In this document: positions 1 to 12,974 of the stretch, piece by piece
Position numbering within the stretch: the first letter of the stretch is position 1
Layout: each line of letters begins with the position of its first letter
Assembly (NCBI GenBank): GCA_951804945.1
Contig: OX638149.1
Coordinates: forward strand, 102,486,001-102,550,000
Reading direction: 5' to 3'
Origin: Podarcis cretensis
Taxonomy: Eukaryota
DNA length: 64,000 bases
Notes under the pieces: model-generated
The model's input: the letters and a program-made list of their open reading frames with translations, nothing else
Told to the model about the DNA's origin: nothing
The model's database searches: none
Made by a program: the position numbers and the translations under genes

Positions 1-550
1 ACATTGAATTTTGCCTTCCTTTCAATTGTGTATTCTTCAGTTTTTTTCATCAATTGCTCTGACTGTGGTATAAAAATACTCTACTATGTATCCTTCAGAT
101 TCAGTTGTCAGCAACATTCTATAAGGGAAATGTCTTTTTAAACACATTTCCGTTTTGACATAAAATTCTAGTCCACTATACAGTATACATTTTTCCTCCC
201 GCCAGATAGTTTATTCAGAACAGAGGGTATCTTACCTCAGGTTATTAGCCCTTCTGCACACTAATTTACTGAGTGAAGATGCCTTCCAAATCCATATGCA
301 TGGAGAATAAGATTTCATTGTAACAGGCACTTGTAGCAATTTACAGGCACAGTCCCTTCCAATGGCTTTGATGTAACATAATTGGTCTGACTGAAGAACC
401 CAAAGCAAGGACATTCGAGTGTTGGAGGGAGTCCTCATGATAGCTTTTACTCGCTCCTGGAGGAAGTGTGCAGGATTCCTATGAATTTCATAAAGCAGAG
501 GAAAGACAAAGATGTTTTAAATGCTTTGGTTGTATGTGTTTTTTTCAGTA

Positions 551-792
551 CAGTGGTACCTCGGGTTACATACGCTTCAGGTTGCATATGCTTCAGGTTA
601 CAGACTCTGCTAACCCAGAAATAGTGCTTCAGGTTAAGCACTTTGCTTCCGGATGAGAACAGAAATTGTGCTCCAGCGGTGCGGCAGCAGCAGGAGGCCC
701 CATTAGCTAAAGTGGTGCTTCAGGTTAAGAACAGTTTCAGGTTAAGTACAGACCTCCAGAACGAATTAAGTACTTAACCTGAGGTACCACTG
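551..792 (+). mobile_element. Tc1/mariner (Tigger/pogo-like) MITE, family A
   Basis: TIRs CAGTGGTACCTCGGGTTA / TAACCTGAGGTACCACTG, TA on both sides (549-550, 793-794), internal CTTCAGGTTA repeats; further copies at 47020 and 47582. Confidence 0.9.
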
Positions 793-1189
793 TACTGGAT
801 ACTGGCAAATTAAACACGCCCCCCCCCCCAGATGTCTCTCTTCAGTTTATACATTCAAGATAACATTCCAGTGATGCTCTGGGGCAGGTGAGGGTGCTTT
901 AGTCTGTCCATTCAGGTGATCATGGTAAAGAAAGGACAGTGAGAAGGATTCATAAGAGACACAAAGACATTCTGGATTTCTTGGTCGGTTCCAGGAGCTG
1001 GGTAACAGGTGGAGGCATATATGTTAATTGTTGCAGTTGGGTGGGAATGGAAAGGCTCAATCATGAATGATAGCAGGAAGGATGCACAACTGTCAGTTAC
1101 AATACAAAACAGCAACATCTCATTTTTCAAAGGGTACTTTGCACATCTGAGCTGCTTCTGCATGCAGTTTCCTTTGCCAACTTACACAG

Positions 1190-1290
1190 AGCTAGATCAG
1201 TCTTTCCCAGTCCTTCCTGGAGATGGTAGGGACTGAAACGGAGACCTTCTACATGCAAAACATGAGCTCTGCTACCGAGCTATAGCCCTT
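1190..1290 (-). mobile_element. Degenerate tRNA-derived SINE head (tRNA-Ala-like)
   Basis: Reverse complement agggctatagctcggtagcagagc...ttttgcatgtagaaggtctccgtttcagtccct shows decayed A/B boxes and a TGC anticodon loop. Confidence 0.55.
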
Positions 1291-2441
1291 CCTCAATGTG
1301 AATTTCTGCTCACACAACTAAATTGGTGTGATCGCTTGTGGGCTGAGCAGCACTGGACTTAATTTAGCTTCTGGTGGAACCATGTGATGGTTTCACAATG
1401 GAATGATTGCCCCCCCCCTATGAAAAAAGAGTTTGCCACCACTTCAAGTGGATAGGCTTCCTTCAGCAACCTCTGAAGGCATTCTACTCTAATTTGGGAC
1501 TCAATGCCATACAGGAAAAGTGCTGCATCACAATGTCGTGTATTTCTCAGAGACATTCTTGCAGGGCGGGGATGACTGTTACAAATATTTCCACCCCACA
1601 AAATACACTGTCCTTGGAAAGGGGATAGAGAATTTCAGCCCAGCCTTACTTAATGGTTGTTTAATAATCATTTGATCAAAGGAGAGAGCATTTGCTTATG
1701 CATTCCAGCAAAGTTGACAGATTTCAAAGGAGATCCAAAGTTTATCCTTCTGTTGTTACAACTGTGATCCACCTACCTCATTGTGGTAACTAATGTGCTG
1801 TCCATTAACTTTAAAACACCAATTATTTTTTCTGTGTTATCGGTGTAAAGAACAATTTGAAATAACCACATTAGAGTTGTTCAATAGAAAATAGATTTTT
1901 AATTTCATGTAATACTAAGGCATCTGAAAAACAACAACAAAATTCATAGGAGCCCTGTAACTTCCTTTCTTTTTATTCTAAAAAAAGCATGATGCTTAAT
2001 GTTTTTAATTAAGGGTCTCTGAAGGAACTCACAGCAAAGGACTTAAACAGAGGGGGAAAGACAAAACTTTCAAACATCAAACAGCAGTACAAAAATAAGA
2101 TTTTATATAAATGATATTATTTACATATGTGTCAAAATATAATAAAACAGAGCACCACCTTTCACAAATTCTACCTTCCAGGTTGTGCCTTTCTGATGCT
2201 TGGTTGCTATGCTGGTTGGAGGAGAAATGGCCTCTTTCTGTTCACCTCGGCTGGACAGCAGCTTCCTCAAAAGGGTTGGCACTCAGGAACTGAAACTTAC
2301 TGCCCTTTCTAACATAAAAAACAACAACAAACCATCAGCAAACAAGGAACTCATAGCGCTAGGGAAATCAATAACTCATTTTAAAGCACTACCAACCTGT
2401 TCCTAAGTGTTCAGGGCCTTACAGAAAGGCATTGTCTAAAT

Positions 2442-2720
2442 CAGGCATGTCCAACCAGTAGATTGCGATCTACCAGTAGATCTCCGGCTGATCCTGGTAG
2501 ATCGTGGGACCCTTATTGATCATGGGCTTAAATAAAGTTTACCAAAAGTTAACAAAGAAAAGTTGAAGAACTCTGGGCAATCCTCTGCAAAAAAAGGTCA
2601 ACAATTCTGGGCAATTCACACACCCCATGCACCCTCTTCCTCAAATGACAATTGGTAGATCACTGCCATTTTTTTTATACTGGGAGTAGATCGCACTCTC
2701 TTGGAAGTTTGATGTGCCTG
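2442..2720. mobile_element. hAT (Charlie-like) non-autonomous element
   Basis: TIRs CAGGCATGTCCAAC / GTTTGATGTGCCTG; 8-bp TSD GTCTAAAT (2434-2441) / GTTTAAAT (2721-2728); subterminal GTAGATC repeats. Confidence 0.85.
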
Positions 2721-3070
2721 GTTTAAATGGTACTGAGGTAATGAACTAATTGCCCATAATAGTGGCTGTTCCTTACCTCAGCTGTCCCACTGAGTAGGCA
2801 CAGCCTGATTAAAGTACTATACACCACCACTAAGTTTTTAGAAACAAACTTTGCATAGATAATTGAATTCTTAAGGTACCAACATTCATTTTTCTAGTAG
2901 TCTATCCCTCAGGAAGTGTGTGTTTCTAATTCTGATATTAGGAGTAGGCTAATACTGTATATGGAAATTTGTACTGGGGTATTCAGATGATAGTAGTTTC
3001 CCTAGCCAGTCTTTTCTGATTTTATCTGATAAAGTTTGCTGTAACTGATTCTCATTTTTTTTGTCAACAG

Positions 3071-3160
3071 AAAGCAGGGTATAAATCTGAATGGGTGGAC
3101 TTGTGTGGAGCTCACATCGAATGGACTAAAGACAAGTCTAGCAAAAAGAATGTTTTCCAG
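3071..3160 (+). CDS. ARHGAP15: Internal coding exon of Rho GTPase-activating protein 15 (PH-domain segment; equivalent to human exon 6)
   Basis: Polypyrimidine tract and acceptor (ttctcatttttttttgtcaacAG) end at 3070; donor CAG|GTAGGA at 3161. 90 nt, phase 0-0, translates KAGYKSEWVDLCGAHIEWTKDKSSKKNVFQ. This matches human ARHGAP15 KTGHKPESVDLCGAHIEWAKEKSSRKNVFQ as I recall it (23/30 identical). Too short for the ORF track. Confidence 0.93.
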
Positions 3161-3745
3161 GTAGGAGATGGTTTATTATTGCCCTATCATTATTTGGCAG
3201 TTTCATTATTAAAAACAAAGCAAAAAACTAAACAAACCAGAGTTCCTTTCCATGCATAGTATAGAGTGTGCAATGGCAATGCTTTTACTTTGTTAAGGCA
3301 ATTGGAACACGTAACATTTTATTCACTCTTTCCTGTCCCCCCCCCCCCGGCCTAAAGTGTCTTGATGATTGAATCAGCTGAAAACCCTTGAGAACCTGTT
3401 GATTTGCTGATTAATGTGCCATGTTCAATTTGTTTTTAAAAGTTGGTAGGTAATTTGTTTTGGGTTTAAGACTGGGATCCTTGACCTAGTGAACTCCTGT
3501 AAACAGAACTTTCACACGCTGCTTACATAAGCTATATTCCCAACTGAGTGGAATTTGCCTGTTTATTTTTATTATTTCTTAGGGCTTTAATGACAGGTTC
3601 ATTCCAGAGCAAAGACGGCACAGGAATGGGGAGGTAAAAAAGCAACAACTCTGAATCTCTTAGAGCCAGCTCAATCAGCTATGCATTTATTCCAAAGTCA
3701 GATAATTTTAATGAATGTAAAGAAAGTTTTATAGTGATGCTTATA

Positions 3746-3988
3746 AAGGTAAAGGTAAAGGGACCCCTGACCGTTAGGTCCAGTCGCACACAGCTCTGGG
3801 GTTGCGGTGCTCATCTTGCTTTATTGGCTGAGGGAGCCAGCGTACAGCTTCCAGGTCATGTCGCCAGCATGACTAAGCCGCTTCTGGCGAACCAGAGCAG
3901 CGCACGGAAACGCCATTTACCTTCCCGCCGGAGCAGTACCTATTTATCTACTTGCACTTTGTGCTTTCAAACTGCTAGGTTGGCAGGA
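3746..3988 (-). mobile_element. Sauria SINE, 5'-truncated
   Basis: (AAAGGT)n tail (ACCTTT on minus strand), body shared with five other copies, TSD AGTGATGCTTATA (3733-3745 / 3991-4003). Confidence 0.92.
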
Positions 3989-4547
3989 TAAGTGATGCTT
4001 ATACGCTGATGCTAAAGAAGTTGGGTTGTAGTCAACATAGTGCGAAGCAAAATGTTCTACCAGCACAATGTGCAATGAAACATTCTCCTTTTCTCTCACA
4101 CCCACTACATATGTTCTTGGCGTTCCCCCAACCCTCCAGAGCAGATGTGGAGATGGCGCAAGGTGTGGGTGGATGGAGAGTAAATCCTATTGGGCTATCA
4201 CAACTATTTAGTTGATTACTCTCCATTGATCACAAAGGTGCTGCTTTATGAGTAACAGTGATGTAGATTTCAGCCTTACAGCATCCTCCTATGCACAGAA
4301 GATTGCTGCCTCAGTTGTCAGGGCCAGCTTCAAGGGGCTGCTCCTATGAGGGTGAGCCCACTTAGGATTCCTTGACGCCTCTTCGTATACTTCCCTCATA
4401 ATTTGGCTAGATTTATGTGTAAGCACCTGCTAAAAAAAACCTAGCTTGCAAGCGTTGGGTGACGCTCCCAGCTGAGTGGTCAGCCGACTGGATTCTGTGC
4501 TGAGTGGTCGGCTGGGCTAAGTAGATGGCCATGCCCCACCCGCACCC

Positions 4548-4872
4548 AACAACAACAACAACAACAACAACATATTATTTATACCCCGCCCATCTGGCTG
4601 GGTCTCCCCAGCCACTCTGGGTGGCTCCCAACCGAATATTAAAAACACAATATAGCATTAAACATTAAAAACTTCCCTAAACAGGGCTGCCTTCAGATGT
4701 CTTTGAAAAGTAAGATAGTTGCTTATTGCCTTGACATCTGAAAGGAGGGCGTTCCACAGGGCAGGTGCCACTACCGAGAAGGCCCTCTGCCTGGTTCCCT
4801 GTAACCTCACTTCTCGCAGTGAGGGAACCGTCAGAAGGCCCTCGGAGCTGGACCTCAGTGTCCGGGCTGAAC
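4548..4872 (-). mobile_element. L2 LINE 3' end
   Basis: Minus frame RAFSVVAPALWNAL...FQRHLKAALF is the L2 ORF2 C-terminus; 3' stem-loop (tggctggg...cccagcca) and (AAC)n tail. Confidence 0.88.
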
Positions 4873-5989
4873 AGTGTCCCAGGGCTGCCATGGATTGGTT
4901 TGTTTGGAGGATGACTTAGGCGGGAACCCGTGAGCCTCCATGGCAGCATGGAAACAATCTAAAATGGCACTGCACATCTGGGGGAGAGAGGAGGCACTGC
5001 ATTGGGCTGCAACCGCCGCTTGCCAGCAAGATGGTAAGCGGCTATTTGTACCAATTTTCCCACTGGTAGAAGCAAATGGGATGCATGCCTGTTCATGGGA
5101 TGGCAGGCATTGCGTTGTTGTTGTTGTTGCTGCTGTATCATTATTCAATGCCATTGTGGTCCTCTGCCACACCTTGAAGTATTTATCAAGACCTATTGTC
5201 TTGTGAATGCTTAATTTTCTTGACAAAGGAGAACATGAAAGCAGAAAGTTGTTTGAAGCAGCTTCACAGGATCCTATGAGCACACGGTGCAATTTGCAGC
5301 TGGGTATCGTCTCCGTCTCCCTGGCAAACTGACACGTTACACTAGGTCTTCATCAGAAGAGTTGCGAATAAAAGAAGATTTATGTTCAAATCACATGCTT
5401 TAAACATTTCCGCTAAGTGCTAGTTTGCTCTTTGGTGTTGAGCCTGAAATTTAAAGCAGTGGGGATTAAAAGGATTACAACATAATCTTAAATAATCCTA
5501 AGTGTCATTTACAGAGAGATGGTTGTAATAACTAAATAAAACCATGTTAAGGGATGGCAGTGTTGTCAGTCAGCAACTGAAACTGTGTCTCCAATTGCCC
5601 TATCGTCCTCTCTCCTTTATCAACTCCAATTTTACGTTGGATAGGTACAGCTTGATGGGAGCTGCTGCTGAAGAAAGTAATGACACAACAGAGTGTTATG
5701 CAGTCAGTGCTAATATGGTTACCGAAGCATTAGTAACTAGATTAGTTTTCTAAAAATCATCTCAAGGTTCAGTGTTTCATGCTTGTGATACAACTTTCCT
5801 CTGAAACAGCTTAGCTTTTCCTCCTATTTCAGTCTTGCTGTTTGTTTCCTGCAACGTGAAAGTCAATCAGCATATTCTGAATTTAGCATTCTAATAGGAC
5901 GGTGGGGGAGAAAAGGGCTGAATATGTTTCACCTTGGCATCAATTCATTTGAAGACTATCCAAGTGTACTGGGGGATGTTGCTTACAAA

Positions 5990-6665
5990 CAGGGCTAACA
6001 CAAGATTTCAGGGGGTCCTTGGTACAGTGACACCAATGCCCACTGCCATCCCATCAACCAGAGCAGGACCTATTAATAGTCTTAGCCCTAAAGGTACTGT
6101 AAAGGTAAAGGTATCCCTGACCATTAGGTTCAGTCGTGGCCAACTCTGGGATTGCGGCGCTCATCTCGCTTTATTGACCGAGGGAGCCGGCGTACAGCTT
6201 CCAGGTCATGTGGCCAGCATGACCAAGCCGCTTCTGGCGAACCAGAGCAGCACACGGAAATGCTGTTTACCTTCCCGCTGGAGCTGTACCTATTTATCTA
6301 CTTGCACTGTGACATGCTTTCGAACTGCTAGGTTGGCAGGAAGCTGGGACCGAGCAACGGGAACTCACCCCGTCGCGGAGATTTGAACCACCAACCTTCT
6401 GATTGGCAAGTCCTAGGCTCTGTGGTTTAGACCACAGCACCACCTGTATCCCTGTAGATCTATACATTCCCTATGTTCCGGATAGTGCATACTATAGATG
6501 TATTGGGCAGAATAGTGCTGCCTTCCTAGCACTGAACTGATTTTAGAAGCTCAGCCAGGAGGATGGTGAGTGGCAGGTTGCAAGTGCAGTGCCAGTAGGG
6601 GGCTTTCTGAGCCCCTGGGACCTTCAGCCTGTGCCTGACCTGGTTGACCTCTGGTATCATGTCTG
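5990..6665. mobile_element. Old hAT-like non-autonomous element interrupted by a Sauria SINE
   Basis: Degenerate TIRs CAGGGCTAACACAAGA / TCTGGTATCATGTCTG; imperfect 8-bp TSD CTTACAAA / CCTACAAG. Confidence 0.45.
6100..6452 (-). mobile_element. Sauria SINE, near full length
   Basis: AAAGGT tail, conserved body and tRNA-like head (reverse complement GGGATACAGGTGGTGCTGTGGTCTAAACC). Confidence 0.92.
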
Positions 6666-9128
6666 CCTACAAGTTACTGCTACACTAAACATTTCTTTAG
6701 TACCAACAGTGTGATTTGCAGTGTACAGAACAATGATACAAGGCATTCCTTACCCAAGGACGATACCTTATGTTCAATCTTTTGCCTGGGAATTAGTAGC
6801 ATAAATTCTATTTATGATATATGCTGTATTGGATCCAAATGAGAGGGTTGGATCAAGAGGTGCCCTTCCATTCACAGGCCTAACCCAATATACTAGGATA
6901 CTTATTTGTATGTGAATGATAGGTGGTGTTAACGAGTTGTGTTGGTGACCATTGGCGCAATTCCCTATTTTATTTATTAATCCATTCAGGACATTTTGTT
7001 TCACTTGAGAAGATATTAGGTTATATTACATGTGTACATTGTTTTGAAGATTAGCTTTTCTGAACCTTTTCCAGCTGTGGTTGGCTGGTCAGAACTACAC
7101 ACAGTATTCCAGATTCTTCATAGAAACATAGGAAACTGCCTTATATATGGCCACAGAGCATATAGAAAGTGAGTCAGACTTGCAAGTGTTAGCTGACTCT
7201 ATTAGGCTATATATCAGAACCAAGGATTATTGATTTGGACAAGTTTACTACAGCACACTTTAAAAGCTTCTGCATAAAGAGAAGTATTGAACAAAATCTT
7301 AGGGAAACTTGTCTGTCTGTTAAAGAGGAATGCCAGGGTCATTGGCCATCGTGAAACTCTTGCATGAAGTTTATGTATGATTTACTGCTATTTATTATGG
7401 CAAAGTGGAATACTAGAGTGAAAAGTATACAAGACCAGGGGCTGTTATGCAGTTCTGTTACCTAGATGTTGAATTGTATTCCTATTAAGAGAGAAGGAAG
7501 CAATTTCAAGAGAGAGGGTGAAATCTGTATGAAATGTGCTGCAACGGCTGAGCCTTGGAATTTAAGGCACATTTATTAAGTTGCCTATATAACAACGTAA
7601 AAACCCTTGGGGCAGCGGAATCCATTGCCTGAGTAGGTTCTTCCACATGGTTTGGAGGGATAGTAATATTGCTTTTAGAAGGTGAAAGGGAATGTATTTA
7701 GAATAGAATGCATGGTATAGTAGCAAAGAGATATGCCCCAGAGAATATTCAAACTGATCAGTCAATTGAATGTTCTCTAATGACACATGAACTGCTTTAA
7801 AGTGGCTGAGTATTGCATCTTTATGTGCAGCCCAGCTGATATCAAACAACAGATGCTGAGAGCTTTAGTAGAAAAGTTATTTTAAATTTTGCATTATATC
7901 CATTTCCCATCAGTTATTGCAGTGGAGAAAGGATGAGTCCATTGCCTCCTTCTAGGTGGATGATAAGGCCCAAGAGGACTCAAACCATGGAATCTGACAG
8001 CAGGGCCCAAGCACCTTGCCTTACCCTTTACACCACTGGGACAAATCTCAGGCAAAGGGAGCTTATTTGTCTGATCTTAGTTGCTTTGCAGCACCAGTTA
8101 GAGTGGGGTACTGATGCTCATTAGCCTAGACAGACCAGATGATCTCAAAGCATAGCATCCTAACAAAGATTAGATTTGGTTCTTGCTGAATCAGAAAAAG
8201 TGGTAGCAGGTATGAATCCTAATACCAAACAATGAAGTGATTGTAGTGTGGTGCATAAAATGAGTGTTGTACATTTTCTGTGGGATTAGAAAGCCCAAGA
8301 TGATTCCAATGTCAGTTACTCTAACTAGAGACTTCTGAAAAATGCTTCCAAATCACAGCATGTTATGTGGCAGGGAATATCATTTGCATTGATCTTACTA
8401 TCTGAATCAGCCTAATAACATGGAATGCTACCTACATCAGTGCCAATTGCTACCAGGGGCATGGAGTGTTGCAATGGACATTCCTTGCAAGCTGAATATT
8501 GCTTGGGGTCAGCAATTAGTTACTCATACACACAAGTTTCTGGGTGCTGAAATGAGCCGGCATGCACAGGTTTGTTGTTTGCTTTCTCTTAGAACTATGC
8601 ACCATTTCTATTATCTCAAGGTAGGAAACTGCCTCAACCACTTCTGCCCATTTAACCAGTTTTAAGTTGCAAATGGGAAATGGCCAGAAACAAAGTTTCT
8701 CAGATATCTCCCCAGATGTTAGTGGACATGTCACTGGTCTTGCTCAAGGCACATTTTCATTTGCTTTGCACCTGAAAAACAGGACATTTGGGTCCAAAAT
8801 GCTTTTGACTTATTTAGTACATGTAAAAGCTAATGAATCCGTTCATGCCATCTGCCTGTCCATCAGGGTGACGCAAATAGAAAACTATCTGACAGCTTTA
8901 GTTAGGGTAGGATAAAAGGCAGACAAACGGCTGAAGCAATTCATCAGTTTTGAGAAATTTATGGTAATGGGGCTGGGGAATATAAAAAAAAACACATAGC
9001 AAAGGCAAATGATGTTTACTGTCCTTAAGAACCTCAACCCATCTGTGGGTAGTGGCAGTGACATTTTCCAGAACTTTTCAAAACTTTTCCCATTGACAGT
9101 GAACACAGCAGTAGAACACACTTAGAAC

Positions 9129-9332
9129 CAGGGCTGGTCCAAGACATTTTGGTGCCTGAGGTGAACCACAAAATGGTACCACAAAATGGTACCCACCAGG
9201 GAAGAAGGGGTGAGTGAAGATCTACATCAGGAGCAAGGGGGAAAGAAAGATATACACTGGGATCTGCTGCTCCCATGGATCCTGCTGCCTGAGGCAGTTA
9301 CCTCACCTTGTCTCATGGGTGGGCCAACCCTG
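9129..9332. mobile_element. hAT non-autonomous element
   Basis: Perfect 8-bp TSD CTTAGAAC (9121-9128 / 9333-9340); TIRs CAGGGCTGGTCCA / TGGGCCAACCCTG; internal 13-bp duplication ACCACAAAATGGT. Confidence 0.85.
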
Positions 9333-9885
9333 CTTAGAACCTTGATTTGCATGCATGAGAATCGCAGAATATAAAAGTAAAATATCTAAGCCACATTTTC
9401 ATGACAGGATTAATATTCCTCATTGAAAAAAGTAGAAAGGGTAATGATGGAATAAGACATTGATATCTGGGAAACAATTACTTCTTCTACACATGAAGGG
9501 TTGACTGGGCATCACTTTTGGAGATCCTCACAGTTTCTTTTGACCCACTCTGTAAACACAGTTCACAGCTGAGCTCAGAGGAAAACATTTTCATTTCAAA
9601 TCTGCCTGCGGCACAAACTCAGTGATTTTTATTTACACACACTCTCACACACATGCACACACACACACTGCAACTACTTGTGGGTGCCAGTCAGTAGATT
9701 GCGATTTGAAAAGAATATCAAGACAAAAAGTCAGTGTTTACCTATAGGCTCACTTCAATCCCACAGCCTGACAAAAGCAAGGTTACTTCCAGATGGTCAG
9801 CCTCGAACCAACCAGCCCTGTGGATTTCTTGAAGGAGAGTGTTCCACAAAGAGAATGCGAGGATGCCACAGCCCAAAAGACCCTA

Positions 9886-10020
9886 CAGGGACAGGGAATT
9901 TCTGGCACTCCAGAAGTTGTTTGATGACAGCTTCCATCATCCCTGATAATTGTTTGTTCCAGCTGAGGCACATGCTGTTTGGATACCAACATCTGCAGAG
10001 CCACAGGTTTCACATCCCTG
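9886..10020. mobile_element. URR1-like hAT MITE
   Basis: Imperfect ~29-bp TIRs CAGGGACAGGGAATTTCTGGCACTCCAGA / TCTGCAGAGCCACAGGTTTCACATCCCTG; no clear TSD. Confidence 0.6.
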
Positions 10021-10633
10021 TCCTGTTCCCATTGTATAAATTGATATAGACTATAGAAAAACTCCCCTTTTATCCACTGGTGCTAGACATATATAAACCT
10101 AGAGTATGTGGGTGGGTTTGGGTGTATAAATATATTTACAAACTTGAAGGTACCTAGTTGTGTACAAGTGTGTTTGTGTGAGAATTTGCATGTAAGAAAT
10201 TATGTGACTTGTCTTTTTCTTTGACAGCTACACTGCAGCTTTCATAGCTGCAGATGTTATTTGTCCATCAGAAAGGAAAATATTTCTTTTGAGCTTGAGG
10301 CATTTCTGTGTTGCTAAAATTAAGCCTAACAATGTTTCATGTACACATGAAGTAGTAATTCTGTCAGGGCAGAAGCACAAAAGAGCAGCAAGGCCCAAGC
10401 AACTAAATGGGTCGCAGGATAAAATCAACATTTTATTCCCTTCCATAGCAGAAAAGAAGGATGTCAGGTACCCAGCCATGTCACTTTAAGAATCTAGCGT
10501 CTCCGCTTTTTCTTAAAAAAACAAAACAAACCACGCCACTTTCCTCACATTTGAAAAGTAATTATTAATTTGCAATTTTAATGTATAATGAAGTTGAATG
10601 GCACTACCATCCTGCATTATTCATAAAACACAC

Positions 10634-10652
10634 TGCTGCCATCTGGCGGTCA
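10634..10652 (-). promoter_or_regulatory. Candidate CTCF-binding site
   Basis: Reverse complement TGACCGCCAGATGGCAGCA fits the CTCF core consensus CC(A/G)C(C/T)AG(A/G)(G/T)GGC(A/G)(C/G); lies in non-repetitive sequence. Confidence 0.5.
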
Positions 10653-12018
10653 GTAGCCATGTCATCACTTATTTTCCCTGGCAGTTTAGTTTTGCAGCTT
10701 TGAGGTTATGATCTGTAGGAAACTGGCTTTGGAAGGACATTTTTACCGAAAACTTAACAGGATTCTTAAGTTTAAAATGCTGTTAAGATTGAGGTGCAAA
10801 ACTACGTGATATTTTCCAAGGAAGGGGCTTCTCTAGTGATATTTTAGTGTAACTATAAAAATAAAATAGTACACAAAGCAGGCATGCACAGCTTGTAACC
10901 CACCAAGACAGAACAGCCCAACAGCCTTGCATTACACACAGTCTCACCTTAGGCAGCGATAGGAGACTCATCAAGTCCCCGATAAGGCAACTGTGTGTGG
11001 CTGTACTCAGCTTGGTGTATCACAGCTTGCACAAGACACACACTCTTGATATTTGATTAAAGTACACAGATGTTGGATTGAATAAATACAACCTAAATTT
11101 TTGAACATTTGAAAACAGCATGCACAGTCAAGACTTATAAAAATGGCTCTTTATTCTACAATCCTTTGTCATCCAAGAGGGATTAAATCCTTCACGGAGT
11201 TGGTGCTATTTTTATTATCAAAAGGAATTTTTACAGGTGCAACAAACATTAGTCATTTGCAGCTGGAGTTTGAAGCTGTTTTTGAAATGTATAAGGGAAT
11301 AAGCAGCTGCCAACTTGCCCTGTTTGAAATAGTTAGTAACATTAACACCTTCTCAAGCTGGTTGTTTAATGAGGTAATGTCTGATTTAATAGAGAGGGTG
11401 ACTATTGTTGAGGTTTTGTAAAGTGGTGTAGTAGTTGTTATATTTTAGAATAACCTGCAGCTATGGAAAGTGAAATAAATATCAAATGCGGCTTCAGATG
11501 TAATTAGTAAAACTTATTTTAGTGGCAATGCAATTTGGGTTACAAATACAGTACTGTCCTGCATGATGTATCATTAAAACTCTGTTGTCTGATCCAACGG
11601 TTCTTTGCAGCCTCTTTAACCTGCAAGGGCTTCTCTGTTTACCGTAAGGGTGAAGGCAGTGCTGAGTGGCCAAGGGAATGCATGTATGGAGGAGCTCTAT
11701 CCAATGGAGGGGAAAGGGGTCCATTCACACAAGGCCTCCATGAATTTCTGGATGCAGTGTTATAAGTCAAACTGCAGATTAAATGCATCTCTTGGCTTGT
11801 CTGACTAGTGTGACGTGCAACAATCACTTCCTTTTGTTTATAAACGGTGTTATGCTTACTTAGATGTACACTTTATACAGTTCTGCCCACCAACTGATCA
11901 TTAATTTATTTTTCACATATAAAATTCAGGCTGATAGATAGCAACCCACACACAAAATTCCATATAACAAAGCTCTGAACTAACTTAGAGCTTTAGTGTT
12001 TAAAGCGTTAATATTCAC

Positions 12019-12974
12019 TACTTTCAAGAATGTATAACCTGCTGTTAAAATGGAACACACAAGACGAAACGGTTAAATCGGCTATGATAAAGTGGACACA
12101 GGATATTGGGTATAATATCATGTTTGATGACTGGGAAAGGTTGTGGACCACTGGGTTGAACTTCACTGCTTGTAACGCTTTGAAGGAAAATGTAATGAAA
12201 ATGATATATAGATGGTACATGACCCCAGTTAAACTTGCCAAAATATACCACCTGTCTGATAATAAATGTTGGAAATGTAAAGAAAATGAAGGAATATTCT
12301 TTCACCTCTGGTGGACGTGCCCTAAAGTGAAGGCTTTCTGAGAAATGATATATAATGAGTTAAAAAAGGTATTTAAGTATACCTTCCTTAAGAAACCAGA
12401 GGCCTTTCTTCTGGGTATTGTCGGCCAGAGGGTGATAAAGAAGGACAGAACTTTTTTCTTGTATGCAACAACGGCAGCAAGGATACTCATCGCTAAATAT
12501 TGGAAAACCCAAGATCTACCCACACTGGAAGAATGGCAGATGCAACTGATAGACTATATGGAACTGGCTGAGATGACCGGCAGAATCCGAGACCTGGGAG
12601 AGGAGAGGGTTGAAGAAGATTGGAAGAAATTCAAGATTTACCTACAAAAATATTGTAATTTGGTTGAATGTTAATAAGGATGCTAGATCACAAAAAATTG
12701 AGCACCACTAAAATAGTTGGAATTAGGATGATAAGTGAGATTGAGGAAAATATAAATTTTTTGGAGAATTATTAATTATACTTAAACGAGCGGGACATAA
12801 GAACGCAAACAAGTTGATAAATTGCTGGCAAAAATTTATAATGATGTAAGTGGGAGTGGGAGACGTGAGGGAGTCCAAAGAAGTTATGAAACTATGTTAT
12901 GAAATACGTTACATTGTTTACTAATTTTGCATTGGTATTTAAAAATCTCAATAAAATATTATTAAAAAATAAAA
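12019..12974 (+). mobile_element. 5'-truncated L1-clade LINE (ORF2 C-terminus plus 3' UTR)
   Basis: ORFs 12030-12341 and 12345-12674 are one frame broken by a single TGA (likely from TGG); CCHC knuckle CWKC...HLWWTC; AATAAA at 12950-12955 and A-rich tail; perfect 18-bp TSD TAAAGCGTTAATATTCAC (12001-12018 / 12975-12992). Confidence 0.93.

Noticed and set aside
232-438. Minus-strand ORF ending at a GAG|GTAAG donor-like site
   Set aside because: No recognisable homology or partner exon; consistent with chance.
5934-6386. Recurrent peptide LPGHVASMTKPLLANQS in several ORFs
   Set aside because: Translation of Sauria SINE copies, not a protein family.
12030-12674. Two adjacent ORFs as a two-gene unit
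   Set aside because: One L1 ORF2 fragment split by a nonsense codon.
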